Positions 29,359 to 39,407 of a DNA stretch of 64,000 nt are shown in pieces. The DNA is taken from assembly GCA_038046005.1 (NCBI GenBank), contig JBBSXB010000009.1:7952-71951 (forward strand), given 5' to 3'. The notes under the pieces were generated by a model that made no database searches, was not told the origin of the DNA, and worked only from the letters and a program-made list of their open reading frames with translations. The DNA comes from Nanobdellota archaeon (lineage in GTDB: Archaea > Nanobdellota > Nanobdellia > Pacearchaeales > GW2011-AR1). The position numbers were made by a program, and so were the translations under genes. The stretch's first letter is position 1. Every line of letters begins with the position of its first letter.

Positions 29359-29762
29359 TTTATATCTCCTTGTTCTATCAAAAATTTTATATTAGGGGCT
29401 ATTTTATATTTTTCTTTCTTGATTTCCGATATATTTATCCACTTAATTTCTTTTATTGGTGCAATAGCTCTAATTTTATCTTTATTTTTCAGTTTGGCTA
29501 AATAATGAATTAAAACAATTGTCATTTTTTCTCCGCTTTGAGGATTTTTATAAATAATCAGAGGATTTAAAGGTTTAATTATTTCAATCTCAGCATTAAT
29601 TTCTTCTCTTACTTCCCTTATACAAGCATCGTAAAGAGAATCTCCTTCTTCAACAGTTCCTCCTGGAAGTTTATAAAAGTCATCTTTATCACCCCTATTC
29701 ACTAATAATTTTCCGCCTTCAATTATTACAGGGCCTGAAGTGACAATAAATCTCATTTTCAT
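29355..29762 (-). CDS. NUDIX hydrolase
   Basis: Nudix box GGTVEEGDSLYDACIREVREEINAEI. Confidence 0.85.
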   Translation of the reverse strand: MKMRFIVTSGPVIIEGGKLLVNRGDKDDFYKLPGGTVEEGDSLYDACIREVREEINAEIEIIKPLNPLIIYKNPQSGEKMTIVLIHYLAKLKNKDKIRAIAPIKEIKWINISEIKKEKYKIAPNIKFLIEQGDIK

Positions 29763-29780
29763 AGAAAATCATTTTAGTTT

Positions 29781-30896
29781 TTAAGAGTTTTGATATTTTC
29801 CAAAGGGCATTTTATAGACCAAAGAATTGATATTCGGGCCACCTGCTCCAATAGCAGTAATAACAACATTATCTCCAGCATCTAAGGAATGATTGTTTAA
29901 CTCACCTCTGAATAAAAGGTCCAGCACTGTAGGACAAGTTGCCACAGAATTGTTTGCTAGCCAAGAAATTATCATAGGCATGATATTTTTAATTTGGTCT
30001 GGTGTGGGATTTGTCCCATACAACTTGAATAATCTTTTCACAACAGAATGGTCTAATCTCTCATTTGCCTGATGAATAGCTATTTTGGTAATGTCTTCTA
30101 GTTCTAGTCCTGCCTTGTCAATACTTTCTTTTATAACTCCAGGCATATATTTTACTGCATACTCAAAAACATCATGCCCTGTCCTCATTTTAAAATATAA
30201 TCTCCCATCTTTGTTTGGGCCATAGCTTTCCCCCATTCCCATGGCATCAACACAACTTGAATCGCCACAATCAACAGCATAGGACAAAATACCAACTGGA
30301 GTTTCACTTGCTACACGTTCAAGCACAACAGCTCCTGCACCGTCAGAATATATCATGCTGTCTCTATCATGCGAATCAGCCACTCTTGACAGAGTTTCAG
30401 CACCAATGACAATGGCCCTTTTTCCATCTCCACTTTGAAAAAATCTATGAGCAACAATGAGCCCCTGAACCCAGCCAGGACATCCAAACGGAATGTCATA
30501 AGATTCAGTTTTTCTATTTTTAATGCCCAATTTCTTTTTCACCCTTGTAGCAAGATTCGGGACTTGATTAGTCCTCATGTATTTTGGATCTATGTCTCCA
30601 AAATTTTGTGCAAAAATAATATAATCAAGAGTCTCAGAATCTATCTTAGAATTGTCCAAAGCTTTTACAGCAGCTTTCCTGCCTAAATCAGAAGCAAGTT
30701 CATTATCTTCAGCATATCTTCTTTCTTCTATTTTAGTAATATCTGAACATTTGTCTATAGCTTCTTGGTTTGGAGTGTCACTTTTATTTCCGTTACTATC
30801 ATAAAACTCGCTGTTTAAAAAATAAGAATTAGGAATCACACTTGATGGAATATAAGAGCCAGTTCCAGTTATAATAGTGAATAGATTTCTTGGCAT
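29781..30896 (-). CDS. thiolase-fold condensing enzyme, 3-oxoacyl-ACP synthase III (FabH)-like
   Basis: IITGTGSYIP N-terminus, FGCPGWVQGL active-site Cys region, C-terminal AIGAGGPN. Confidence 0.55.
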   Translation of the reverse strand: MPRNLFTIITGTGSYIPSSVIPNSYFLNSEFYDSNGNKSDTPNQEAIDKCSDITKIEERRYAEDNELASDLGRKAAVKALDNSKIDSETLDYIIFAQNFGDIDPKYMRTNQVPNLATRVKKKLGIKNRKTESYDIPFGCPGWVQGLIVAHRFFQSGDGKRAIVIGAETLSRVADSHDRDSMIYSDGAGAVVLERVASETPVGILSYAVDCGDSSCVDAMGMGESYGPNKDGRLYFKMRTGHDVFEYAVKYMPGVIKESIDKAGLELEDITKIAIHQANERLDHSVVKRLFKLYGTNPTPDQIKNIMPMIISWLANNSVATCPTVLDLLFRGELNNHSLDAGDNVVITAIGAGGPNINSLVYKMPFGKYQNS

Positions 30897-30960
30897 TGAT
30901 TTATTTAATAAGCTAATCTTTTAAATTTTTATATTCTATTTTTCAACCCGTAAAAAATAA

Positions 30961-31458
30961 TTATTTCTTTACTTTAATCTTAAAAAGAAGTTGATTATAT
31001 TCTATAGACATTTTATCCCTAACATAAGTCCGTATTATTTCTCCACTACAAGGGGCCTTAATTTTGAACATATGATTTAAATATTCATAATAACCTAGTA
31101 TGTCTCCTACTCCAATATGACGTCTCCTTTTTAAAAAACTTCTTAAAGTGTCTCTCAAGGGGTATGCCACCTCTGATTTATCTTCACGCCAGTAAAAAGT
31201 TGCAACTTCCGGAGATTTTAATGTAACACGTCCGTGGCTTTCTTTAACAATTATGAATTTAGGTTCAACAGAAACAGAAGGCTCTGGTTTTCTCTCTGCT
31301 ATTTGAGCCAAGTGTTCAATAGTTTTTTGAGAATCCCTCCTATTTTCTATTTTCAGAGTATTAATCTTTAATCCAAAAGGAGAAAACGAATATTCAAAAC
31401 TGTCAACATCAGATTCTTCAACAAGTTTTACTAATCTCCTTACATAGCTAATACGCAT
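30961..31458 (-). CDS. hypothetical protein with biotin/lipoyl-like hybrid-barrel C-terminus lacking the modified Lys
   Basis: VGDILGYYEYLNHMFKIKAPCSGEI resembles the G-D-x-L...E-A-M-K-M...AP-x-SG pattern but with no AMKM. Confidence 0.3.
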   Translation of the reverse strand: MRISYVRRLVKLVEESDVDSFEYSFSPFGLKINTLKIENRRDSQKTIEHLAQIAERKPEPSVSVEPKFIIVKESHGRVTLKSPEVATFYWREDKSEVAYPLRDTLRSFLKRRRHIGVGDILGYYEYLNHMFKIKAPCSGEIIRTYVRDKMSIEYNQLLFKIKVKK

Positions 31459-31505
31459 AAAAAATCAAGCCGTAGCAAGATTAAAAGATTAATTGTGGTG
31501 GAGTT

Positions 31506-32309
31506 TTAGATGTCAATTGCTACATAATCTCCATTAAATCCAACATTATAAACTTCAGATTTTCCAATCCTTGTTTTTCCTTTTCCCTCATGAATGTGTC
31601 CGCAAAAAACATATTTTGGTTGATATTTTTTTATGTAATCTAAAATTACTTTGCTTCCAGCATGTTTTCCGTGCCAGTGTTTTGGGGCACCAAATTTTCC
31701 AGTTACTTCATCAAGGTAACCATATGGAGGTTGATGACATACTAAAATGTCTAAACTTCCAAATCTCTTTAAAATTCTTCTAGCTTTGTCTGTAGCTTTT
31801 TTAGCCTTTTGTAATTTCTTCTTGTAATCTGAAGGCTTAAAATCCTGCACCCAATTTGTATCAACAAAATATTCCAAAAAACCAATTCTCAATCCACCAA
31901 TAGTTTTTACACTATTTTTAACAAGATAAAAATCTTTCATTGAATTAATCTTTTCACGAGTAGAAGGAAGATTCAATCCATATTTTTTCTTTTCTTTTTT
32001 TATTTGAGGAGTGGAAGGAATTCCAACATTCCCTTGCAAAGAATAAACAGGAGCAATTTTACTGAGATATTTTAGCACTTCAATTGTTGAGTTATGGATT
32101 TCCATGTGAACATCTTTTTGATGTTTCGCAGTTTCTTCCAATTCTGGCAAACCTTCTTTTTTTCGGTTAATATTTTCAAAATGTCTTTTTCTAGCCAAAT
32201 CAGCCTTACCAATATCTCCAGTTAAAAGAATTAAATCAATACCTTTTGAAGAAACTTTTCTAACATTTTCAATTGCACCATGCGGGTCTCCAACCACTAA
32301 TATTTTCAT
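31506..32309 (-). CDS. calcineurin-like metallophosphoesterase
   Basis: KILVVGDPHG, GDIG, GHIHEG motifs. Confidence 0.75.
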   Translation of the reverse strand: MKILVVGDPHGAIENVRKVSSKGIDLILLTGDIGKADLARKRHFENINRKKEGLPELEETAKHQKDVHMEIHNSTIEVLKYLSKIAPVYSLQGNVGIPSTPQIKKEKKKYGLNLPSTREKINSMKDFYLVKNSVKTIGGLRIGFLEYFVDTNWVQDFKPSDYKKKLQKAKKATDKARRILKRFGSLDILVCHQPPYGYLDEVTGKFGAPKHWHGKHAGSKVILDYIKKYQPKYVFCGHIHEGKGKTRIGKSEVYNVGFNGDYVAIDI

Positions 32310-32313
32310 TTTC

Positions 32314-33639
32314 TCACGGCTTCCATCTCGTCATTGTTCTTGGAAAAGGAATTGCATCTTTGATAGTTTCTAAACCACATATCCATGAGATAACTCTTTC
32401 TGTTCCCATTCCAAACCCACCATGAGGAATACTTCCATATCTTCTAGTATCAAGATAAAATTCATAATTTGCAGGATCTTCACCCATATCAACAAGATTT
32501 TCTTTTATTTTTTTAATATCAGATTCCCTTTCAGAACCCCCAATAATTTCTCCATAACCTTCGGGTGCAATAAAGTCAACGCCATGAACAACTTTCTTGT
32601 CTTCGGGAGCCTCTTTCATGTAAAATGCCTTTACAATCTTTGGATAATTTGTAATCATGATAGGAACATCAAACATGGCACTCAACTTGTCTTCTTCAAC
32701 TGTCCTCAAATCTTTTCCCCACTCAACATTCATGTGGGCTTTTTCTTTAAGAAGTTTCAATGCCTCAGTGTAAGTTATTCTGACAAACTTTTTCTTTATG
32801 ACAGGTTCCAACTTTTTCACATCTCTCTCAAGAATTTGCAACTCTTCTTTATTTTCATCCAAAACTTTTTTAACAATATGTTTTATGAGTCCTTCTCCAT
32901 AACTCAAGATATCATCGAAACTCGCCCACGCAACTTCCATCTCTGCATGCCAATATTCTGTCAAGTGTCTGGAAGTTTTTGATTTCTCGGCCCTGAATGA
33001 AGGAGCAATTGTATAAATTTTTTCCAAACTAAAAATTGCAGGTTCTGCATACAACTGCCAAGATTGAGATAAGAAAACTCCTTTCTGTCCAAAATAGGGA
33101 ATAGAAAACAATGTTGATCCCCCTTCTGACTGAACGCTCTGAAAAATAGGACTTTGATATTCATAAAATCCTTCCCCCCTAAAATAATCGTGAATAGCGC
33201 CAAACACAGTGCTTCTAATCTTTAAAATAGAAGTCATCTTCCTGCTTCTCAACCATAAATGTCTTCTATCTCCTAAAAGTTCTTCATTCAAATCTTTGTT
33301 GATTGGAAAATCCTCTGCAATCTGTATAATGTTTATTTTTTCGGCAGAAATCTCAAATCCTGTCGGTGCTCTCTTGTCTTCTTTTATTGCTCCTTCAATC
33401 TCAACACTGCTTTCAATTTTTATTTTGTCTATCTCATCCCACTGCTTTTCAAATTTGCCCCTGTCCAAAACACACTGAATTATATCACTTGCATCTCTCA
33501 ACACAAGGAATTTCATCTTGTTGCTTCCTCTCTCTCTGTGTATCCATCCACGCACAGCTACTTTTCCGCTGCCTTTCTTCATGGCCTCTTTTATTGAAAG
33601 GAATTTTGTGGATGCCATGGTTTTACTAAACAACAACAT
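32314..33639 (-). CDS. asnS: class IIb aminoacyl-tRNA synthetase, probably asparaginyl-tRNA synthetase
   Basis: N-terminal OB anticodon-binding domain; motif 2 FRAEKSKTSRHLTEYWHAEME; LSQSWQLYAE instead of the AspRS QSPQ. Confidence 0.55.
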   Translation of the reverse strand: MLLFSKTMASTKFLSIKEAMKKGSGKVAVRGWIHRERGSNKMKFLVLRDASDIIQCVLDRGKFEKQWDEIDKIKIESSVEIEGAIKEDKRAPTGFEISAEKINIIQIAEDFPINKDLNEELLGDRRHLWLRSRKMTSILKIRSTVFGAIHDYFRGEGFYEYQSPIFQSVQSEGGSTLFSIPYFGQKGVFLSQSWQLYAEPAIFSLEKIYTIAPSFRAEKSKTSRHLTEYWHAEMEVAWASFDDILSYGEGLIKHIVKKVLDENKEELQILERDVKKLEPVIKKKFVRITYTEALKLLKEKAHMNVEWGKDLRTVEEDKLSAMFDVPIMITNYPKIVKAFYMKEAPEDKKVVHGVDFIAPEGYGEIIGGSERESDIKKIKENLVDMGEDPANYEFYLDTRRYGSIPHGGFGMGTERVISWICGLETIKDAIPFPRTMTRWKP

Positions 33640-33668
33640 TTTTTAAAGTTATTTGAATTACAAGAGTC

Positions 33669-34070
33669 ATGAAAAATTTTTATACCAAAATAGACAAAAC
33701 GCTAAAAAAAGCTCCAAAAAGAGTTATAGGAATGTATAATAATTTGATAGCCGGAATAATAGGAGGAACTATAATTTATTACCTATTAATCTTAAAAACT
33801 CTTGAGAATATAATTCTAGGATTTTTTTATGTATTGATTCTAATGATTCTAGGATTTCTTATTTTATTGAATATTTTAAAAAATATAAGAAGCAAAAAAT
33901 CAAAAAAAGATGAACTAAAAAATTATATCTGGAATGTGCTAATGGCTTTATTAGGGGGTTTTTATTTATTACTAGTATTTAATTTAGGATTAAACAAAAT
34001 TTTGTCAGGATTAATTCTTTTAGTTTTATTCATACTGATCAGTTATTTTAGAAATAAATATAACTTCTAA
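33669..34070 (+). CDS. hypothetical membrane protein
   Basis: Four TM helices. Confidence 0.35.
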   Translation: MKNFYTKIDKTLKKAPKRVIGMYNNLIAGIIGGTIIYYLLILKTLENIILGFFYVLILMILGFLILLNILKNIRSKKSKKDELKNYIWNVLMALLGGFYLLLVFNLGLNKILSGLILLVLFILISYFRNKYNF

Positions 34071-34113
34071 GGAGTCAACCTCATTCTATCTTTAGGAAAT
34101 AATGTAGCTTCTC

Positions 34114-34968
34114 TTATGTTAAACCTTTCTTAACTAGAAACTCCTTAAGAATTTTTTGTTTTCTGTCTATTGTAAAACCAACTAGCGAATAAAACAATAA
34201 AATAGAATTCTTATCATGAATCCTTAAAACATATTTTTGAGAAGTGTTTGGTCTTAAATCCTTCTTTTTTATTATAGTAGATCTTATCTTCAAAAAAGAA
34301 AGCAAATCTTGAACCTCTTTTAAGCCACCAAAATTCATAGAAACTGCTCCAACTCTACCAATCTTTCTGTCTATTTCACCCTCAGAGTCAAAGAAACCCA
34401 TTATGAAAGAGGATTTTATATTGCCATCACTAGTTTTGATAATTTCTGGAACTTTCCATTTATCTTTACCAAAATTTCCAAATTCTAAGATAAAATCACA
34501 AGCTTCTTTAGAACACAATCTGGTCACATATTGATCGCGCCAATTACTATTCCTTGATTTTCTGAATTCTGTAGTTGGATTTATTTTAAAGTAATTTCTT
34601 AAAACATTTCTAAACTTATCAACAAACTCTTTATCAGTAGCTGATAAAACAATATGGTATCTTCTTAATTTTTTATTGCAGCTAATGCACCCATCTCCAC
34701 ATAAAACTCCAAAAATATAAGATAAGTCTTCACTTATTATTAAATCACTAGGAATATTATGTTTCTTTATTTTGATTCTTCCAGATTTAACACCTTCTTT
34801 TGCAGCCGAACTCTTGTTTCTTCTTTCAATGTTTAGTCTTTTCATATGATGGAGAATTGTAGAGTGTTGAATGTTAAACCTTTTAGCAATTTCCCAAGTT
34901 GACAAACCAGAGCCATATAAAGAAGAAATAGACAGAATATTACTATTTGTTAACTTTCTTGTTACCAT
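34114..34968 (-). CDS. free-standing LAGLIDADG homing endonuclease with N-terminal HTH
   Basis: Two LAGLIDADG motifs (LSYIFGVLCGDGCIS and FIMGFFDSEGEI); N-terminal sigma-70 region-4-like HTH GLSTWEIAKRFNIQHSTILHHMKRL. Confidence 0.75.
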   Translation of the reverse strand: MVTRKLTNSNILSISSLYGSGLSTWEIAKRFNIQHSTILHHMKRLNIERRNKSSAAKEGVKSGRIKIKKHNIPSDLIISEDLSYIFGVLCGDGCISCNKKLRRYHIVLSATDKEFVDKFRNVLRNYFKINPTTEFRKSRNSNWRDQYVTRLCSKEACDFILEFGNFGKDKWKVPEIIKTSDGNIKSSFIMGFFDSEGEIDRKIGRVGAVSMNFGGLKEVQDLLSFLKIRSTIIKKKDLRPNTSQKYVLRIHDKNSILLFYSLVGFTIDRKQKILKEFLVKKGLT

Positions 34969-35095
34969 CTTTTTTTATAGTTATTTCAACTAGCTCTCCT
35001 TTCTTCAATTTGAATTTTTCTATAATAGAATAAGGAATTGTTACAACAATAGCATTTCCAGTTTTCCACAATTTAGCATCGAATTGTCTCTTCAT
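34943..35095 (-). CDS. AbrB/SpoVT-family small DNA-binding protein (50 aa), overlapping the HEG start by 26 nt in a different frame
   Basis: Not in the ORF track (<60 aa). MKRQFDAKLWKTGNAIVVTIPYSIIEKFKLKKGELVEITIKKDGNKKVNK matches the swapped-hairpin AbrB/MazE pattern. Confidence 0.45.
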   Translation of the reverse strand: MKRQFDAKLWKTGNAIVVTIPYSIIEKFKLKKGELVEITIKKDGNKKVNK

Positions 35096-35162
35096 TTTGT
35101 ATTTACAATGTAAATACATAGAGATATATAAAGTTTAATATTATCTAAAAAGTAGTTAATAA

Positions 35163-36443
35163 TTAAGGAGTTAATCTATTTCTATCACGAGGAAAAAGAG
35201 TTGCCTCACGAATGTTAGGAAGACTCAGCATAGTTTGCGTCAAACGCTCTAAACCTATTGACCATCCACTGTGAATAGGACTACCATACCTGAAAGAATC
35301 AATATACCATTTGAAATTTTCTGGCTTCAAACCTTTTGCCTTCAGATTTTTTATCAAAATATCAGGAACATGAATTCTTTGTCCACCAGAAGAAATTTCT
35401 ATTCCCCCATAAAGTGCATCAAATCCTCCAGAAACTCCAGTCTTCTCATCTTTAGGCCAAATATAAAAAGGTTTTATCTTAGAAGGCCACTCATATGTAA
35501 AAACAATGCAGTTAGGGAACAACCCACAAAGTTTTCTCTCGGCTTCAGGCTCAAAATCATCTCCATCTTTCATTTTTATTCCATGTTTGTTCATCAAATC
35601 CAAAGCTTCTTTATATTTCAAATATTTAACATCAGGAACTTTTAATTTAACTCCTAACAAATCCAGCTCAGTTTTGCATGTATCAATAACTTTCTTAAAG
35701 ATATATTTAACAACTTCTTCAAGATGTTTCATAATCCCAATGTCATCCTCAAAAGCCATTTCAATATCCATTTGTCTTATCTCATTGATGTGCTTTGAAG
35801 TATCGTGCTTCTCAGCCCTCCAAACGGGAGTTATAAGAAAAACTCTTTCCATTGAAATTGCCATAAGCTGTTTGTATAATTGGGGGCTTTGAGCAAGATA
35901 AGCAGGCTTGTCAAAATAATTTATCTTAAACAAATCGGTTCCCCCTTCTGTTGAAGTTCCAATAATTGCGGGAGTTTGTATCTCTATAAAATTTTTGTTT
36001 GCAAAAAATTCTCTGAATGAATTTGCGATCACAGATTGAATCTTGAAAATTGCCATCACTTTCGGTTTTCTGACATCTAAGCTCCTATAATCAAGCCTTG
36101 AAGGCAGTTCAGCACTGACAGCTTTTTCATTGACTTGTATTGGTAATTTTTCAGCCTTGGCCAAAACAACTAAATTTTCAACTTCAACTTCAGCGTCTTT
36201 CCTTGCCAAATCATTTTTGACATCAGCTTTCTTTACTTTTCCCTGAATCTCAATAACACTTTCCAAAGTAAGTGAAGGAATCTCTTTCAGGATTTTTTCA
36301 TCTTTTATAATACACTGCACAATTCCAGAATTATCTCTTAAAAGGATAAATGCCATCTTTGACATGATTCTAAGCTCATGACACCATCCCTTCAACAAAA
36401 CTTCCTGCCCTATTTTTACTTCCTTGATAAAAGAGCGTTGCAT
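35163..36443 (-). CDS. aspS: aspartyl-tRNA synthetase (archaeal/eukaryotic type)
   Basis: YLAQSPQLYKQ motif, motif 2 WRAEKHDTSKHINEIRQMDIEMAF, motif 3 GGIEISSGGQRIH. Confidence 0.75.
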   Translation of the reverse strand: MQRSFIKEVKIGQEVLLKGWCHELRIMSKMAFILLRDNSGIVQCIIKDEKILKEIPSLTLESVIEIQGKVKKADVKNDLARKDAEVEVENLVVLAKAEKLPIQVNEKAVSAELPSRLDYRSLDVRKPKVMAIFKIQSVIANSFREFFANKNFIEIQTPAIIGTSTEGGTDLFKINYFDKPAYLAQSPQLYKQLMAISMERVFLITPVWRAEKHDTSKHINEIRQMDIEMAFEDDIGIMKHLEEVVKYIFKKVIDTCKTELDLLGVKLKVPDVKYLKYKEALDLMNKHGIKMKDGDDFEPEAERKLCGLFPNCIVFTYEWPSKIKPFYIWPKDEKTGVSGGFDALYGGIEISSGGQRIHVPDILIKNLKAKGLKPENFKWYIDSFRYGSPIHSGWSIGLERLTQTMLSLPNIREATLFPRDRNRLTP

Positions 36444-36482
36444 AAAATGAATAGAAGAAAGGTATTTATTAAATTGTTGGTT

Positions 36483-37241
36483 TTATTTTACACTCTTCCA
36501 AACTTCATTAAAGTAATTTCTTAGGTTATTTGCAATACTTTCAGATTTTATTAGTATTCCAACAACGGATGGCCTCCAAGAAACAATGAAAACCATGTCT
36601 TTTATTATGTCTATGTTACCCGGAATTGGGTATTTTACAAATTTAAGATTAGACTTCATTTTTTTCGCCTTTTTTGCGAACCAAGAATTTTCATATTTTT
36701 TGTTTGCAATGCCTTTGATATTGAATTTTCTTGTTATTTCCCACATAGAATGATAAAATTGGTCTGACTCTTCAGCATATTCATCATCATGCAAGTAAAA
36801 AAACAAAGCTTCATCTTTTTTTGTTAAACTTTGAAACAATTTTTCATAAGCACTTCTAAGTCCTTTTAAACCGACAAAAACCTCTGCTTCTTGAATATTC
36901 TTTTTTTCTCTTAATCTCTCAAGTTGAGGTATGATTTTCTTTAAAGATTCTTTATTTTCCAAAATTTCACTTTGTTTTTTATTAAGATATTCTAAGAGGT
37001 TTATTGGAGAAGTGGCAGAAAAATGCTTTGTCTTTTCTTTTATAACAAAGCTTACAAGACCTTTTTTAATGAGTCTATTTAAAATATCATAAACATTAGA
37101 GTAAGCAACTCCAGAAAGTTTAACAATTGGTCCAACAGTGCTACTTCCGATCTCACTTAAAGCCAAATAAACTTTTGCTTCTCCATCAGTCAAGCCAACT
37201 TTTAACAATTCAGAATATTCCTCGTTTACCATTATCAACAT
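36483..37241 (-). CDS. TrmB-family transcriptional regulator (paralog of 8958..9674)
   Basis: GEAKVYLALSEIGSSTVGPIVKLSGVAYSNVYDILNRLIKKGLVSF; shared C-terminal ...YFNEVWKSVK vs ...YFRKMWKSIK. Confidence 0.65.
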   Translation of the reverse strand: MLIMVNEEYSELLKVGLTDGEAKVYLALSEIGSSTVGPIVKLSGVAYSNVYDILNRLIKKGLVSFVIKEKTKHFSATSPINLLEYLNKKQSEILENKESLKKIIPQLERLREKKNIQEAEVFVGLKGLRSAYEKLFQSLTKKDEALFFYLHDDEYAEESDQFYHSMWEITRKFNIKGIANKKYENSWFAKKAKKMKSNLKFVKYPIPGNIDIIKDMVFIVSWRPSVVGILIKSESIANNLRNYFNEVWKSVK

Positions 37242-37326
37242 AATAACCTAAGCTATAAAAATTTAACTGTTATATACCCTGTACAGAATAAATAAGTTTT
37301 ATAAAAAGCCATTAATACTTGAAAAA

Positions 37327-37935
37327 ATGAAGTCAGAGCAAGAATTAATTAACCACATAGAAAAACATGAAAATTCTTCTTTAGTAAGAGCTGTGCTAGC
37401 TGGGAACACAACTTTCAAACGAGAAGCACGAAGGTTTTATGATTTAGAAGTGCGTATAATAGCTGGAAGAGGAATGGCTGGAAAATTATTCAATTTTAAA
37501 AAGGAGAGTACACTAAAATTAAACCAGAATCCTACGGAATTAATAGAGTTACTTCAGCCATTTAGTGATGAACCTATAGATAAAAATAAATTGGATTATG
37601 AGAAAGTAAGAGAAGATTACAAAAGGTGGCACTCGGGATTAAGAAAGCTAAAAATAGTTGGAATAAATATTGGAAAATTAAGTATACTTATAGGATCAGC
37701 CTTTATTACAGCAAACAACCTAGATAATTTATTGCTAGCAGTTCCTTCAGGAGCAATAACTGTTGTTGGTTCTTTTTTATACAATAAAATACTTCCTACA
37801 AACAAACCTCCAAAAAACACAAACTACGAGTTTATAGAATATATGAAAATAGATGACGCTGTTTATGAAGCTGATGGTTTTATGGATAAACAATATAGAA
37901 AATATTTTGTGGGAAAAAATCTCAAAACTAAGTAA
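37327..37935 (+). CDS. hypothetical protein
   Basis: ORF track. Confidence 0.3.
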   Translation: MKSEQELINHIEKHENSSLVRAVLAGNTTFKREARRFYDLEVRIIAGRGMAGKLFNFKKESTLKLNQNPTELIELLQPFSDEPIDKNKLDYEKVREDYKRWHSGLRKLKIVGINIGKLSILIGSAFITANNLDNLLLAVPSGAITVVGSFLYNKILPTNKPPKNTNYEFIEYMKIDDAVYEADGFMDKQYRKYFVGKNLKTK

Positions 37936-39376
37936 ATCTCTTAAACTCATTTGTATGTTTTTTGATTATTTCCATTGCTTCGCTGCCGGAAATCTTGCCT
38001 TTATATTTCTGCATGACCAACCCCATGTAAGCATTTGCATTTAATCCAGGGTTAGATTTTATTAAATTTAAAATTCCCTCTTCAATTTCACCATAATCAA
38101 TTTTTGCAGTCGCCTCTTCAAAACTCATTCCTTCAACAAGCCTGTCAAGAACTCCCTTAACATCCCCCTCATTTATTTTTCCTTTTTTGACTAGTTCTAA
38201 AACACTAGGGATCTGGTCTTCAAGTTTTTCCAAAACACTTTCAAAACTAAGCTTCTTTTTTGAAGCAATCTCTTTAGTAAAAACCAAAAGCGTTTTCGCG
38301 ACAAATTGTGGCCTGTTTAAAATAATTAGAAGTTCTTTAAATTCTTCGAGTTTTCTTTCCTTAAACAAAATAGAAATCATTTCCTCAGAAAGTCCTTGTT
38401 TTCTTAATTCATTTTCAGTTTCTTCTCTTAGTTTAGGAAGATTTTTTTTAGACACATTTATCATATCCCTTGAAATTTTCAATAAAGGCAAATCAGTTTC
38501 TGGATACATCCTCGCTGCACCAGATATTGGCCTTAGAATAACGGAGCTTCCATCTTCAAGAACATTCCTTACCTCTTTATCATTTTTTAAACCTCTATTG
38601 ACAAAATTAAGCTGCCTCTCAACTTCTTTTTCAATTGTCCTTATCATAAGTTTCGGGTCTTGAAATCCTTTAAGCTCAACTCTATTGCTCCCTTTAACTG
38701 AAATGTTAATATCCTGTCTTATTGTCCCAATTCCTCTTTTAACCTGGCACGCTCTCAATATTTCGCCAATCTTCAGCGCAGTTTCTTTCGCCTGCTCTGC
38801 ATTTTTTACGTCCGGCATTGTGGAAATTTCAACAAGTGGAATTCCCAGCCTGTCTAATCTGTAAATTACCTCACCATCTTTCTTGCTGACAAGTCTGGCA
38901 GAATCCTCCTCCAAAAAAATTCCACTTATTCCAACTCTCCCAAAACTAGTGTCAACAAATCCATCTCTAGCTATCATGACTGTCCTTTGAAATCCAGAAG
39001 TGTTGCTTCCATTGATGACCGTTTTTCTCATAATCTGTGTTATCGGAATTATTGTGGCGTTAAGCAAAGCAGAAATTTGCAAGACTATTCCTAAAGCGTC
39101 TTTATTAATTTCGTGAGGGGGCTCTTCATCCAATTCAACGAGACAGTTAGTGTTGTAAACTTGATAGACAAATTCCTCTCCCAAAGAGGCCTCATGCTCT
39201 GCAGCCATGTCAATTTCTCCAGCCTCTCCGGCTACAACATGGAGCCTTCTTCTGACAACTATCTCAGGATCATCACTCCTAAAAATGCTAGGGCAATTGC
39301 AGAAAAGTTTTCTAGTATCAAGTTGCTGATGAATTTCCAATCCAGCTTTAAAGCCTATTTTAGTGTAATCAAACAT
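37928..39376 (-). CDS. gatE: Glu-tRNA(Gln) amidotransferase subunit E (compact GatE; GatB/E family)
   Basis: N-terminus GFKAGLEIHQQLDTRKLFCNCPS (GatE-type EIHQQL); C-terminal GatB/YqeY-like helical domain; gatD present 2.7 kb away. Confidence 0.7.
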   Translation of the reverse strand: MFDYTKIGFKAGLEIHQQLDTRKLFCNCPSIFRSDDPEIVVRRRLHVVAGEAGEIDMAAEHEASLGEEFVYQVYNTNCLVELDEEPPHEINKDALGIVLQISALLNATIIPITQIMRKTVINGSNTSGFQRTVMIARDGFVDTSFGRVGISGIFLEEDSARLVSKKDGEVIYRLDRLGIPLVEISTMPDVKNAEQAKETALKIGEILRACQVKRGIGTIRQDINISVKGSNRVELKGFQDPKLMIRTIEKEVERQLNFVNRGLKNDKEVRNVLEDGSSVILRPISGAARMYPETDLPLLKISRDMINVSKKNLPKLREETENELRKQGLSEEMISILFKERKLEEFKELLIILNRPQFVAKTLLVFTKEIASKKKLSFESVLEKLEDQIPSVLELVKKGKINEGDVKGVLDRLVEGMSFEEATAKIDYGEIEEGILNLIKSNPGLNANAYMGLVMQKYKGKISGSEAMEIIKKHTNEFKRFT

Positions 39377-39407
39377 AGATTGAATAATAAAAAAGAGTTA
39401 ATAAAGT

